Assembly (NCBI GenBank): GCA_963840645.1
Contig: CAWIZL010000003.1
Coordinates: 1 to 49,580, forward strand
DNA: 49,580 nucleotides
Source: Candidatus Doudnabacteria bacterium
Lineage (GTDB): Bacteria; Patescibacteriota; Doudnabacteria; UBA920; VMFF01
Direction of reading: 5' to 3'
Positions 10,568 through 20,328 of this stretch are shown piece after piece. Positions within the stretch are counted from its first letter, which is position 1. Every line of letters begins with the position of its first letter. The notes beneath the pieces were generated by a model, which searched no databases, was not told the origin of the DNA, and saw only the letters and a program-made list of their open reading frames with translations. The position numbers and the translations under genes were made by a program.

Positions 10568-11676
10568 GCGAAGGTAACAACAACCACCTCTGAGCTCGTC
10601 CCAATTCGCTGTGGAGGTCCCCACGTGCCAACGCCGCTCGTCGTGTAGACCTGCGTGCCATTCAGCGTGTGCAGCCCGTAGTAGTACTTCTTGTACAGCG
10701 CGTAGGCAACGTACCCGAGCGGCCACATTTGGCCTAGGTGCGTGTGGCCCGATAACTGGAGGCTCACGCCTGCTTGCTCTGCAACCGCAATATTTTTTGG
10801 CTCGTGCTTCATGAGGATGTTCACGGCACTGCGATCTAGGTTCAGACCTTGCAAAATTCGTGCCTCGTCTTCTGGTTTTGATGTGTCAGCGTAGTTAATG
10901 CCAATGACGTTGATGCCATCTACATTTTTGGCCTCATCAACTAAAACTTTCATGCCAGCTCCACCCAGGGCTGCAAGGTAAGCTTTCGTGTTGCCGTACT
11001 CTTCGTGGTTGCCAGCTGCAAAGAACGTGCCGAACTTTGATTTGATAGCGCTGAACGGCTGGGCAACTGCTGCGTAGTCCATCGGCGTGCCATCGTAGAA
11101 GTCTCCGCTGAAGAACACAATGTCAGGTTCAAGTGAGCTAACGAGGCTGGCAACCTTTTTTGCGTTGGCAGTTGTCCTCACTGCACCAAAGTGCGTGTCA
11201 GCAACGAGCACTGCGCGTCTTCCGACCCACTGCTCTGGCAGGTTGGCTAACTTTACAGACACGTTTCGAACTTTGGTGTTGTACGAGTTCCACACCCCGT
11301 ACGCGCTCAGCAGCAGTGCAAGCACGAACAGCACAATGCCCGCTGGCGCAGGGTTTGCGTACGGCGATGCCAGGAGTGCCACAGCGTACGCGAGCCACGC
11401 GATTACAGTTGAGGCAAGCAGGCAGTACAGCGTGCCGATCCAGATTGCCGATGCTGTGTAGAGCGTGCGCACTAGCCATCCATAGTGCTTTGATGCGGCA
11501 ATAGACATCAGGATGAAGCTGAGCGAGAGCACGAAGAAAACGATGCGGGTAGCTAAAAGTTCACCGTACCCCACCACGCCAAAGAACTCCACAAAGCTTT
11601 TGTACACTGCGTAGTGGAGCGCGAACAGCAGCACCTGAATAACTGTCAGGGCAATGGCTATGGCTCGTGTTTTCAT
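10564..11676 (-). CDS. membrane-anchored metallophosphoesterase (YkuE/YaeI-like)
   Basis: DTHFG, GDFYDG, GNHEEY, LSGHTHLGQ, GVGTWGPPQR motifs after four TM segments. Confidence 0.9.
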   Translation of the reverse strand: MKTRAIAIALTVIQVLLFALHYAVYKSFVEFFGVVGYGELLATRIVFFVLSLSFILMSIAASKHYGWLVRTLYTASAIWIGTLYCLLASTVIAWLAYAVALLASPYANPAPAGIVLFVLALLLSAYGVWNSYNTKVRNVSVKLANLPEQWVGRRAVLVADTHFGAVRTTANAKKVASLVSSLEPDIVFFSGDFYDGTPMDYAAVAQPFSAIKSKFGTFFAAGNHEEYGNTKAYLAALGGAGMKVLVDEAKNVDGINVIGINYADTSKPEDEARILQGLNLDRSAVNILMKHEPKNIAVAEQAGVSLQLSGHTHLGQMWPLGYVAYALYKKYYYGLHTLNGTQVYTTSGVGTWGPPQRIGTSSEVVVVTFA

Positions 11677-11699
11677 GTTGGCTACAGGCTAACCACTGG

Positions 11700-12284
11700 C
11701 TAAGCTGCCAGGTACTTGTACACGTGCATTCCCACGACTGAACCTACAATTGGCGCGAGCGCGTACACGAGGTTGAATGATCCAATGCCAAATGCAACAG
11801 CTGGGTTCAGCACCCCGTTTGAGCCAATGAGGGCTGCAACACTGATGCCGAGCACGAGCGAGCCGCCAACCACAATGCCAGATGCGTCACTTGGGCTCTT
11901 GCCGTATACAACAGAGGCAACCCCAAATGCAAAGAGGGCAGTCCCGAGTGCCTCAGCGCAGGCCACGAGCCAGCTGCTCGATACCGTGAGCAGGGGCATT
12001 CCAGTCGTGTTTGCAGTAACCAGCAGGGCAACTGCTGCGCCAATGAACTGGAACAAGAGGTAGAACAGCGCGTCCTTGCTGCTTATTTTTCTAATTGACC
12101 ACGCACCGAGCGTGATGGCTGGGTTAAAGTGTCCGCCCGAAACGTGCCCGAGCGAGCACACGAACAGCCCGAGCGTCAGGCCTGCGATGGCGACAGTTGG
12201 AATCGGAAGCTTGCCGGCGAGCGATAGCCCCACTGCTAGCGCGAGGGCAAACGTGCCAATTGATTCTGCAATGTATTTTTTCAT
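11700..12284 (-). CDS. aquaporin / MIP channel
   Basis: AESIGTF, SGGHFNPAITL and second NPA (GVLNPA); likely start MKKYIAE at 12284. Confidence 0.9.
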   Translation of the reverse strand: MKKYIAESIGTFALALAVGLSLAGKLPIPTVAIAGLTLGLFVCSLGHVSGGHFNPAITLGAWSIRKISSKDALFYLLFQFIGAAVALLVTANTTGMPLLTVSSSWLVACAEALGTALFAFGVASVVYGKSPSDASGIVVGGSLVLGISVAALIGSNGVLNPAVAFGIGSFNLVYALAPIVGSVVGMHVYKYLAA

Positions 12285-12297
12285 TGGTCTCACACGT

Positions 12298-12453
12298 TTA
12301 CCTGAACGCAAAAGCCATCAGCACGATGGTTAGGGCATTGAGAACCACCAGTGCTACCACCATTTCCGGTTTCTTTGGAAAGGGGTGAGCCAGTATGTAC
12401 ACAGTGTAGATTACCGCAACTATTGCAGCACCCAGAAAATTTCCCTTCACCAT
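12298..12453 (-). CDS. small two-helix membrane protein (51 aa), absent from the ORF track
   Basis: manual translation MVKGNFLGAAIVAVIYTVYILAHPFPKKPEMVVALVVLNALTIVLMAFAFR; ends 13 nt before the aquaporin start. Confidence 0.5.
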   Translation of the reverse strand: MVKGNFLGAAIVAVIYTVYILAHPFPKKPEMVVALVVLNALTIVLMAFAFR

Positions 12454-12869
12454 ACTTTTGTAGTTAGGTTGATTAAGTACCCAAGAACCTTTACTTGAAG
12501 TATACCATGTTCTCCTCTACCATATTGGCATGAGTCCTTCTAAGAGAGCAGAAAGAATAATGGTTGCTTCAAGGCTTCTCCCGTCGTTTTGCAAAAGAGT
12601 ACACCTCAAAAATAGTTTATTAATATTTTTCGATCTGTTGGGATTATATGTTTCAGACATATTTTAAGGGATTTCTATATATCCATAATTTTCTAAATGC
12701 CTGCAAATATGGGACGGGGTTCGGGATCTAGGGTCCGAACAAGAATCTTGCTTGTAAAAATTGACGCTGCTCGGTCTCCAGGTCCTAAAAGTAGGTGGCT
12801 GAAGCTGTTTTACCAAGTTGGAACGGAAATAACGAAGACGAGCTGTATACAAAGCTAAGGTTCATCGAA

Positions 12870-13883
12870 CTAATTTTTTTCCAGGTACTGCTGCATTCTT
12901 TGAATTTGCTCCACCCTCTTAACTTTGTGCCAGTAAGGATATTTCATGTAGGTGTTGAGTAGGACTGCCGCACGTAGTGCCTCCTCGTCATAGTCAACTC
13001 CATCAAAGTATCCCTCAAGGAGCTGTGCTGGATTGATACCTTCTGAAAGAAGCTTGACCACACTGCGCCCTAAATCTATGTACCCGTTGTTGAATCGGGG
13101 GTTAGGGTCAAAAACCGTTATCGGGGTGGTGGCAAATATGTTGGCTGCGCCAAAGTCATCGTGGCAGTAGCTACTGTTTGGCTGACCGTTAATGTACGCC
13201 CGGAGTACCTCAAAAGCGGCTGATATGGAGCCGTGCTCGTCGCCCAGCAGTGCATGTTCTTTCACGTAGGCAATTCTTGTTGCAATATCTTCACTCAATA
13301 GCCAATCGCTGAATTGGGCGTATTCTGGCTTACCATCAACAACACGACCGTAGCCTTCTGCTGTAGGTCTGTGCATGAGACATAAAGTCTTTCCCATTTC
13401 ACGGTACAAGCCCTTCTCTGCCAGTTGCTCTGGGCTGTACAGGGACGTTAGGATTGGTGCGTCCACAAACTCCATCAAGATGAAAGAGTGACCATCTAAA
13501 ATGCCCTCTTCGAATACGTGCGGCACTTTGACCCCAGCCTGTTCCCATGCTTTTAAGAACAGTGCTTCGCCTTCTGCGTACGTGGTGCTCAAGGGGAGCT
13601 TGAGCACCAGCTTTCCACCTACCGTCTCAATGACTGCTATAAGGGATGAGACACCTTTCTGCGCAAACGTGATGGCAACTTCTTTACCCTGAAACCGGCT
13701 ATGCGCACTGATAAAGCCCTCTAACTGTCCAGCAAGGGCTACTCGGCGCTCATTGAAGTGTTTGTCAGCTTCGTGTCCTGAGAGCTTGGCTGTTCCGAAA
13801 GATAACTTTTGATGCCATATTTTTGGGGCAATGGGACTGGCTAAAATTGCGGTTCTATTTATCAATGATCCTCGTGCTAGCAT
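12870..13883 (-). CDS. aminoglycoside phosphotransferase / kinase-fold protein
   Basis: GKLVLK, ILMEFV hinge, CHDDFGAANI (HGDxxxxN-like), TVFDP; start uncertain because the ORF-track start lies inside tRNA-Gln. Confidence 0.7.
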   Translation of the reverse strand: MLARGSLINRTAILASPIAPKIWHQKLSFGTAKLSGHEADKHFNERRVALAGQLEGFISAHSRFQGKEVAITFAQKGVSSLIAVIETVGGKLVLKLPLSTTYAEGEALFLKAWEQAGVKVPHVFEEGILDGHSFILMEFVDAPILTSLYSPEQLAEKGLYREMGKTLCLMHRPTAEGYGRVVDGKPEYAQFSDWLLSEDIATRIAYVKEHALLGDEHGSISAAFEVLRAYINGQPNSSYCHDDFGAANIFATTPITVFDPNPRFNNGYIDLGRSVVKLLSEGINPAQLLEGYFDGVDYDEEALRAAVLLNTYMKYPYWHKVKRVEQIQRMQQYLEKN

Positions 13884-13887
13884 GAGT

Positions 13888-13962
13888 TGGCTGGGGTGGT
13901 AGGATTCGAACCTACGGATGGAGGCTTCAAAGGCCTCTGCCTTACCACTTGGCGACACCCCA
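13888..13962 (-). tRNA. tRNA-Gln (anticodon TTG)
   Basis: TGGGGTGTCGCCAAGTGGTAAGGCAGAGGCCTTTGAAGCCTCCATCCGTAGGTTCGAATCCTACCACCCCAGCCA: cloverleaf, T loop GGTTCGAATCC, encoded CCA. Confidence 0.95.
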
Positions 13963-14054
13963 ATGAATTTTGTGCGCTGCCACTGCGCTAGCTATGTACT
14001 CCATAAAATTATATAATAGATGCACGTCTCAATCAATTGGCAGCACTACACCAC

Positions 14055-14789
14055 ATGGAAGCAGTTAAGCACATTCCTCAAACCTCAAAGCTGGCAGTGG
14101 CAGTCCATGCAACTGTCACCGGCAAAACGTTGTTGGCAAATAAAATGTACGAGGTCACCGTAGCACCAGCGGCTGGTGAGAAATTTCCGACCTTTCTCCC
14201 AGGCCAGTTTGCAATGGTAGAGGTTGCGCCAAACGTTAAGCGGGCCTACTCAATTGCGTCTCTGCCAGAAGACTTAAGCAGCCTGACGTTTGTTGTTGGC
14301 ACAGCACCTGGCGGCATTGGCTCAAAGTTTTTCGAGAGCTTGGCAGTGGGGGACAGTATCAACCTAGAACTGCCGTACGGTGTATTCAACGTGAAGTCAG
14401 CTGAGAAACCGCTGCTCTTTGTTGCGACGGGTTCTGGCATTGCGCCGTTCAAGGCAATGGTGCCGGACTTGCTCGCAAATCGCTTTGACAGGCCTGTAGA
14501 CTTGCTGTTCGGCGTGCGGTCTGAGGCAGACCTGTTCTACGCAGCGTACTTTGCAGAGCTTGCCACGCGCTACGGCAACTTTCGATTCTTGGCAACTCTC
14601 TCCCAGCCAAGTGAAAAGTGGACAGGCTCGCGCGGTCGCGTAACGTCAGTGCTCGAAGCATGTGGGGATGAGTACGTGAACTCGCACGTGTACATTTGCG
14701 GCAGCAAAGAAATGATCGTAGACGTTCGTAAAGTTCTCATGGCAAAAGGTTTGTCAGCGCTCTCAATGAAGTTTGAAATTTTTAACTAG
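14055..14789 (+). CDS. FAD/NAD(P)-binding oxidoreductase (ferredoxin-NADP reductase family)
   Basis: FLPGQF, RAYSIAS, VATGSGIAPF, LFGVR, VYICGSKEMI. Confidence 0.9.
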   Translation: MEAVKHIPQTSKLAVAVHATVTGKTLLANKMYEVTVAPAAGEKFPTFLPGQFAMVEVAPNVKRAYSIASLPEDLSSLTFVVGTAPGGIGSKFFESLAVGDSINLELPYGVFNVKSAEKPLLFVATGSGIAPFKAMVPDLLANRFDRPVDLLFGVRSEADLFYAAYFAELATRYGNFRFLATLSQPSEKWTGSRGRVTSVLEACGDEYVNSHVYICGSKEMIVDVRKVLMAKGLSALSMKFEIFN

Positions 14790-14807
14790 ATACGCACAAT
14801 TAATAAA

Positions 14808-15969
14808 ATGAAAAACATGAAAGCGGCGTACGGAAAATTTTTACTAGTTGACGTGGCAGTAGTTGTCGCAGTGGCCGTTCTCGGCACCGCACGTGCAACC
14901 TCAGCTGCTGACCTGCGTAGCATGGGCAGTGGGCAGTACCAAGACAGCACGCTCATTGTCCCAGCATCAGAGTCTGTGCACAACCTGTACGCAGTTGCCC
15001 CTCAAGTTGTGGTTGATGCGAGCTCGTCAAAAGATACTGTTGCTGCTGGTGGAAGCGTTCAGATTGACGGCGCAACAGCAGATGATTTGATTGTAGCAGG
15101 CGGCACAGTTGAGGTTCGCGGCAACGTTGGCGGCAGTGCCCGAATTGCAGGTGGCAACGTGACCATTGATGGAAAAGTTACTGAAGACTTGGTTGTAGCT
15201 GGCGGAACTGTGATAGTGTCTCCGGCAGCATCTGTTGGCGGTGACTTAATAGTGGCTGGTGGTTCTGTTGTTGTTGAGGGGCCAGTGAGTGGCAACGTGG
15301 CAATGGCTGGCGGTAGCCTCGTGTTGAACGCAAAGATTGGCGGCAGCATCAGCGCAAAGCTCACCAAAGATCTGCAGCTTGGACCATCAGCTGATGTTGC
15401 TGGAGGCATTGCGTACACGGCACCTGAGCAGGCAAACGTAGATTCAGGAGCACACGTGGCAGCCTGTGACGTTCACGCAGCATCCATCGGTGAGTGGTGG
15501 AAAGTGGCTCGGGTTATTCTTGCTCGCACTTGCCCTAAAAGTTTTGGCAGAGATCTTGGCTGCGTACGTGCTGTACTTCATGTTTAGGCAGAAGTTTGAC
15601 CAGCTCGTATCAGCAGTCACAGCTGGCTTCTGGAAGAACTTTGGGTACGGCTTCTTGTTCGCCATTGCAGTTCCTGTGGCAGCTGTCATCCTGCTGTTCA
15701 CGGTGGTAGGGTACTACGTTGCAGTGCTTGCGGCCATTGGCTACGCGTTTGCGCTGCTGGCTGGCTGGCTGGTTGCCGGCGCGTGGTTTGGAGTGTGGCT
15801 CGCGTCAAAGGCAAAGCGCCACGTTGTTGAGGTTGGCTACGGGACCATTGCGCTGGGCATTGCAGTTGCAACCCTGCTCACGGCAGTGCCGTTCATTGGC
15901 TGGCTCTTTGGAGCCATCGTATTCTTGGCAGGCTTTGGTGCTGTTGCCAGGAACCTGCGCAGCGCTTAG
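14808..15969 (+). CDS. polymer-forming (bactofilin-like) beta-helix repeat protein with multi-TM C-terminus; frameshift near 15460
   Basis: signal/TM N-terminus, repeated DLIVAGGTVxVxGNVGG units, hydrophobic C-terminal half ending VPFIGWL..GFGA. Confidence 0.8.
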
Positions 15970-16017
15970 AATACTACTCGGCACGTTTTACTCACACGAT
16001 AAACAAAGGACAAAGAC

Positions 16018-16299
16018 ATGGGACTCATTGACCAGATGAAGGACATTAACTCAATGCGCCAACAGGCCAAGCAGATGCAGCTGGTGCTCGGCCAAGAGCA
16101 GATCATGGGGCAGTCAAAGGATGCCATGATCCGCATTGTGATGGACGGCAACCAGGAAATTAAGAGCGTAGAGGTCATGGACGACGTTGTGGGAGACCGC
16201 AAGCGCATTGCAACAGACATCCGTGAGGCGCTCGTTGACTTAAACAACGGATACAAGAAAGTGCTCTCATCGAAGTTTGGCAGCATGATGGGGAGCTAG
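16018..16299 (+). CDS. ybaB: YbaB/EbfC nucleoid-associated protein
   Basis: QQAKQMQLVL..GQSKDAMIRIVMDGNQEIKSVEV pattern, 93 aa. Confidence 0.8.
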   Translation: MGLIDQMKDINSMRQQAKQMQLVLGQEQIMGQSKDAMIRIVMDGNQEIKSVEVMDDVVGDRKRIATDIREALVDLNNGYKKVLSSKFGSMMGS

Positions 16300-16324
16300 T
16301 ACAAAAAACTGTGTACAAAAAATT

Positions 16325-16359
16325 GGGTAGCGCCGCGGATTGCCTCCGCGGCGCTACCC
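16325..16359 (-). terminator. intrinsic terminator downstream of tonB
   Basis: 15-bp perfect stem GGGTAGCGCCGCGGA/TCCGCGGCGCTACCC with T tracts following on the minus strand. Confidence 0.8.
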
Positions 16360-16367
16360 TTGCTTCA

Positions 16368-17099
16368 CTACTGCAAGGTGAAATTGACGTCAATCGTCGT
16401 GATCACCTCGACACGTTCTCCGTTGAGGAGCGTTGGGCTGTACTGCCACTGCTCGACTGCCTGCATTGCTGACTGCACCAAGAGTGGAGGCCCACCCAAG
16501 AGCTGCAGGTTTTGAATGGTCCGATCCTTGGCGATGGTGGCCTGGAACCTCACCGTACCCTGCACCCGAGCTGCTTTTGCCATTGCTGGGTAAAGCGGCT
16601 TTGGCTGTTTGATGAGGTTGGCCATCTGAACGTTGCCACCTACGCGAAGAGGTTTTTGAACTTCGGCAACCTTAACCTTTGGAGCGGGTGGGGTTGGCGG
16701 AGACACTGCGAAGTTTCCGCTCAATTTCCCGATATCTTCATTGGAGGACGGCAGACCATTTGAGACTGTGTTGATTGGTGCTTGGGGTTCATCTTCGAAC
16801 ACAATCTTGATCTCCTTTGGAACCTTGGTAGGCTCAACGAAGTAGTTGGTCGGGATGCGCGGAGCCTTCACCACATTTTTTTTTACCGTAACTACTTTTG
16901 GCGGCGGCGGAGGCGGCGGTGGTGGAACGTTCAAGAACGTCGGCGTCTGCACTTGCGGCAGAGCGTCAAAGTAAACCAGCGGCAGGACTACCAGAACAAC
17001 GATCGCTGCGAGCTGGCCGAGAAGTGAGAACAGGATAGTGTAGGTGCGCTTCGTTTGCCCCACACCGTCAACCAGAGAACCTTCGAAGAGTTCGTTCAT
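16368..17099 (-). CDS. tonB: energy transducer TonB family protein
   Basis: single N-terminal TM, poly-Pro linker, TonB C-domain PKPLYPAMAKAARVQGTVRFQATI..AVEQWQYSPTLLNG..VNFTL; AAGGAGG SD upstream. Confidence 0.9.
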   Translation of the reverse strand: MNELFEGSLVDGVGQTKRTYTILFSLLGQLAAIVVLVVLPLVYFDALPQVQTPTFLNVPPPPPPPPPKVVTVKKNVVKAPRIPTNYFVEPTKVPKEIKIVFEDEPQAPINTVSNGLPSSNEDIGKLSGNFAVSPPTPPAPKVKVAEVQKPLRVGGNVQMANLIKQPKPLYPAMAKAARVQGTVRFQATIAKDRTIQNLQLLGGPPLLVQSAMQAVEQWQYSPTLLNGERVEVITTIDVNFTLQ

Positions 17100-17275
17100 G
17101 TCTTTGCAACCCCTCCTTTAGAGGCTACCTCATGTCAAAGGTGCTCACTGTGAACCGCGTTTGCAAGCTGCCATGACGGTCAGGGCAAGCGCGTCGCGAA
17201 CGAAAAGGGTTTTTCCACCCAATCTGACCTAGGTATACATCTGCCAAAAAATTCGGTCAAATAAGTTATGCACCT

Positions 17276-17747
17276 CTACCGCTGGCCGTCGTGCCGTCTT
17301 GCAATGAGCATGATGCCAAAAACGATGACCAGTATTCCAAGAACCTGTTCAAAGCTCACCTGTGGGTAGAAGCCGTTCAGCAAAAGAAATGCACCGAAGA
17401 TAATAATGATCAAGCCGAGGAAGCTGTGCGCGTGGTTGTGGTTGGACTGCATTCTGCTGCGCAGATCATTGAGGTGGTCGTTGAGGTTTTCTGACCTGTG
17501 CGCTCCGTGGTACGCGCTGCTGCTCATTGGCTGCGCAGCTGAGGCAGGTTCCAGCAGCGTGCTCTTCGGGCAGCACAATCCACAGCACCAGGTAGAGCAG
17601 GATGCCACTGCCGCCTGCAAATCCGAGCAACAGGAACAGGACGCGCACGAGCACTGGGTCTGTCTCAAAGTGTTCTGCAATACCGCCGCACACGCCCCCA
17701 AGAATGCGGTTCGTCGATGACCTGTAGATTCTCTTGTGTAGCGCCAT
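17276..17747 (-). CDS. pspC: PspC-domain membrane protein; frameshift near 17570
   Basis: RIYRSSTNRILGGVCGGIAEHFETDPVLVR..YLVLWIVLPEE, then C-terminal TM pair. Confidence 0.85.
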
Positions 17748-17761
17748 GCGGTTTTTTGGCT

Positions 17762-18083
17762 TTAGCTCAGGTGCGGCGTGAGCGCTGCCAGAATCATTTG
17801 CTTTGGCGCAGCTCCAACAATCTCACCAACTATGGTGCCGCCCTTGAAGAACTTCAAGGTTGGAATGCTCATGATGCTGTAGCGCATAGCAATTTCATTG
17901 TTGTCGTCAACGTTCACCTTGCCGACCTTCAGCTTGCCGGCGTACTCTTTTGCGATTTCATCGACGATTGGCTCCACTGCCTTGCACAGTTCCGCACCAC
18001 GGTGCCCAGAAGTCGAGCATGACCGGAATGTCAGACTTCATGACTTCTTTCTCAAAGTTTGCGCTCGTAATTTCAATTTCCAT
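17762..18083 (-). CDS. trxA: thioredoxin; indel at the active site
   Basis: [32 protein letters not shown].., [15 protein letters not shown]. Confidence 0.9.
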
Positions 18084-18182
18084 TGTACTTTGTATCGTTA
18101 AAGCTCTGGTTTTACAGCTCTTGCATTTTATCCACAACGGAGAGCGTTGTCAACGTTCCACTGAGCAGCTATGCTTTAGCAA

Positions 18183-19148
18183 ATGGATGGTTCAGAAAAA
18201 GAAACAAAAATAAAAAGTTTGTGGCGCGCGGCAACGTGCACGGCAGTTTTACTGGCTGCGCTGTTCCCAAACCCCGCGGGCTTCAAGGCAGCAGAGCAGC
18301 CATCCGAAAAGCCAGGTGTCGTGCTCGGCGCGTACACAAGTGTTCCAGAAATTAGCGCACCTGCCGCTCGCTCTGTTGAGATTGTTCCGCAGGGTGGCAG
18401 CACGGTAACGCTCAAGACCACGGCAAGAGAAGTTTTGGTGTACGACCTTGCCAGTGGCCAGCTGCTGGTCTCGCAGAATGCAGACCAGCAGGTTCCCATT
18501 GCATCGCTCACCAAGCTCATGACAGCCCTGGTTGTCTACCAGAGCCCAAATTTTGATGTGCCCATTACCGTGGCAAAGCAAGACCAGGTTGACGTTGAGC
18601 CAACGCTCCACCTGAAGGTGGGGGATAGGGTAATGCCAGAGCAGCTCGTTGAGGCAATGCTCCTCGGCTCTGCGAACGATGCCGCAAACACACTGGCAAA
18701 CCACTTTCCAAACCAGGCAACGTTCTTGGGCGAGATGAACGCAACGGCCGCAGCTCTCGGCATGGACAGCACGCACTACACGACGCCAATTGGCTTTGAC
18801 ATTGCTGGCAACTACTCCACTGCCAGCGACCTGGCAAAGCTGGTGAACGCTGCGCTGAAAGTTTTGCCGTACGACCAGGTGTGGCAGAAGCAGAGCTACT
18901 CGTTCACGAGCCTGAACGGGAACGCCTACTCTGTCGAGAACAGCAATGCGCTCGTTCGTGCAAACCCAAACATCTTCTCCATAAAGACAGGCCAAACGCC
19001 CGATGCGCTCGGCAACATGATTGTTGAGGCAAAGGGCAGCGCAGGCCAGAGCATCATTTCAATAGTGCTCGGCAGCACTGACCGCGACGCAGACACACTT
19101 GCGGCAGTTGACTACACGTTCAAGGTGTTTACCTGGCAGCAGGTTTGA
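18183..19148 (+). CDS. D-alanyl-D-alanine carboxypeptidase (peptidase S11)
   Basis: SxxK (IASLTK), SxN (GSAND), KTG motifs; N-terminal signal/TM. Confidence 0.9.
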   Translation: MDGSEKETKIKSLWRAATCTAVLLAALFPNPAGFKAAEQPSEKPGVVLGAYTSVPEISAPAARSVEIVPQGGSTVTLKTTAREVLVYDLASGQLLVSQNADQQVPIASLTKLMTALVVYQSPNFDVPITVAKQDQVDVEPTLHLKVGDRVMPEQLVEAMLLGSANDAANTLANHFPNQATFLGEMNATAAALGMDSTHYTTPIGFDIAGNYSTASDLAKLVNAALKVLPYDQVWQKQSYSFTSLNGNAYSVENSNALVRANPNIFSIKTGQTPDALGNMIVEAKGSAGQSIISIVLGSTDRDADTLAAVDYTFKVFTWQQV

Positions 19149-19179
19149 GCGTGAACGTGGTATAATGTGAGCACGACAC

Positions 19180-20215
19180 ATGAGCTACCAACTCCTAAAA
19201 ATACTGCTGCTGACAGCGTTTTCTTTCGTATTCAGCTTCGGCATCACGCCGATCTTCACGCAGCTCCTCTATAAATACAAAGCAGGCAAGAAGGTGCGCG
19301 ATGACGGCACAACGCCAATCTTCAGCGCGCTCCACGCGTCAAAGAACGGCACGCCGAACATGGCGGGCATACTCATCTGGTTCACGACCGGCTTGCTCAC
19401 CACAGTGTTCTGGTTCTTGGACACGCGTTGCGCACGTCAGCGCGTTCCACTTCCTCAACTTCCTCGACCGCCGCGAGACCCTCTTGCCGCTCGGCGCGTT
19501 CCTCGGCGCATCGCTCATTGGCCTTGCCGATGATGCGCTCGACTCGCGCAACCTCGGCCACAAGGGTCGCGGCATCCGCATGCGGCACAAGATTATCCTG
19601 TACGCAATCGTCGCGGCCATCGGCGCCTACTGGTTCTACTTCAAGCTCGGCTTCAGCGCGCTGTACGTTCCGTTCTACGGCAACGTGAACCTGGGGTGGC
19701 TCTACATCCCGTTCTTCATCTTCGTCGTCATTGCCACCAGCTTCTCAGTGAACGAGACAGACGGCCTCGACGGTTTAGCTGGCGGCGTGCTGCTCGTCTC
19801 GTTCTTCGCGTACACGCTCATTGCGTACGTTGGCGGGTACTACGACCTCGCGGCGTTCCTGTGCGTGGTCATCGGCAGCCTGCTCGCGTTCCTGTGGTTC
19901 AACATTCACCCGGCAAAGTTCTTCATGGGTGACACTGGGTCAATGGGGCTCGGCGTGCTGCTCGCCGTCGTCGCGTTCTACCTCAATGCGGTCGTGGTGC
20001 TCGTGGTAATTGGCGGCGTGTTCGTTGTCGAGGCTCTGTCGTTCCTGCTGCAGATCTTCTACAGGAAGGTCTTCAAGAAAAAATTGCTCCTCTCAGCCCC
20101 GCTGCACAACCACCTCCAGGCAATTGGCTGGGCAGAGTCACAGGTTGTCATGAGGCTCTGGATCATTTCCATGGTGTGCGCGATCCTCGGCGTGGTCATT
20201 CACTTTGCAGGCTGA
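19180..20215 (+). CDS. mraY: phospho-N-acetylmuramoyl-pentapeptide transferase; frameshift near 19430
   Basis: KNGTPNMAG, GLADD, NETDGLDGLA, FNIHPAKFFMGDTGS, APLHNH. Confidence 0.95.
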
Positions 20216-20328
20216 ACGCGAGTATAACAGTATACAGTATTCACTAGCTAAATTAGGTCTATGCTACCAATCAAAATAAAAACTATCTCAAGTCGTCTAC
20301 TGTATACTTACACTAACTACTTGCCCCC

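Noticed and set aside
12520-12869. AT-rich gap with a 53-aa plus-strand frame (MPANMGRG...) and a 62-aa minus-strand ORF
   Set aside because: No SD or leaderless signal and no recognisable composition; cannot be supported as genes
13884-13958. N-terminal extension of ORF 12870..13958
   Set aside because: It is the tRNA-Gln sequence translated by chance
18128-18136. Perfect DnaA box TTATCCACA between trxA and the PBP gene
   Set aside because: Single copy in a ~100-bp gap, no box cluster or unwinding element, no dnaA nearby; not an origin
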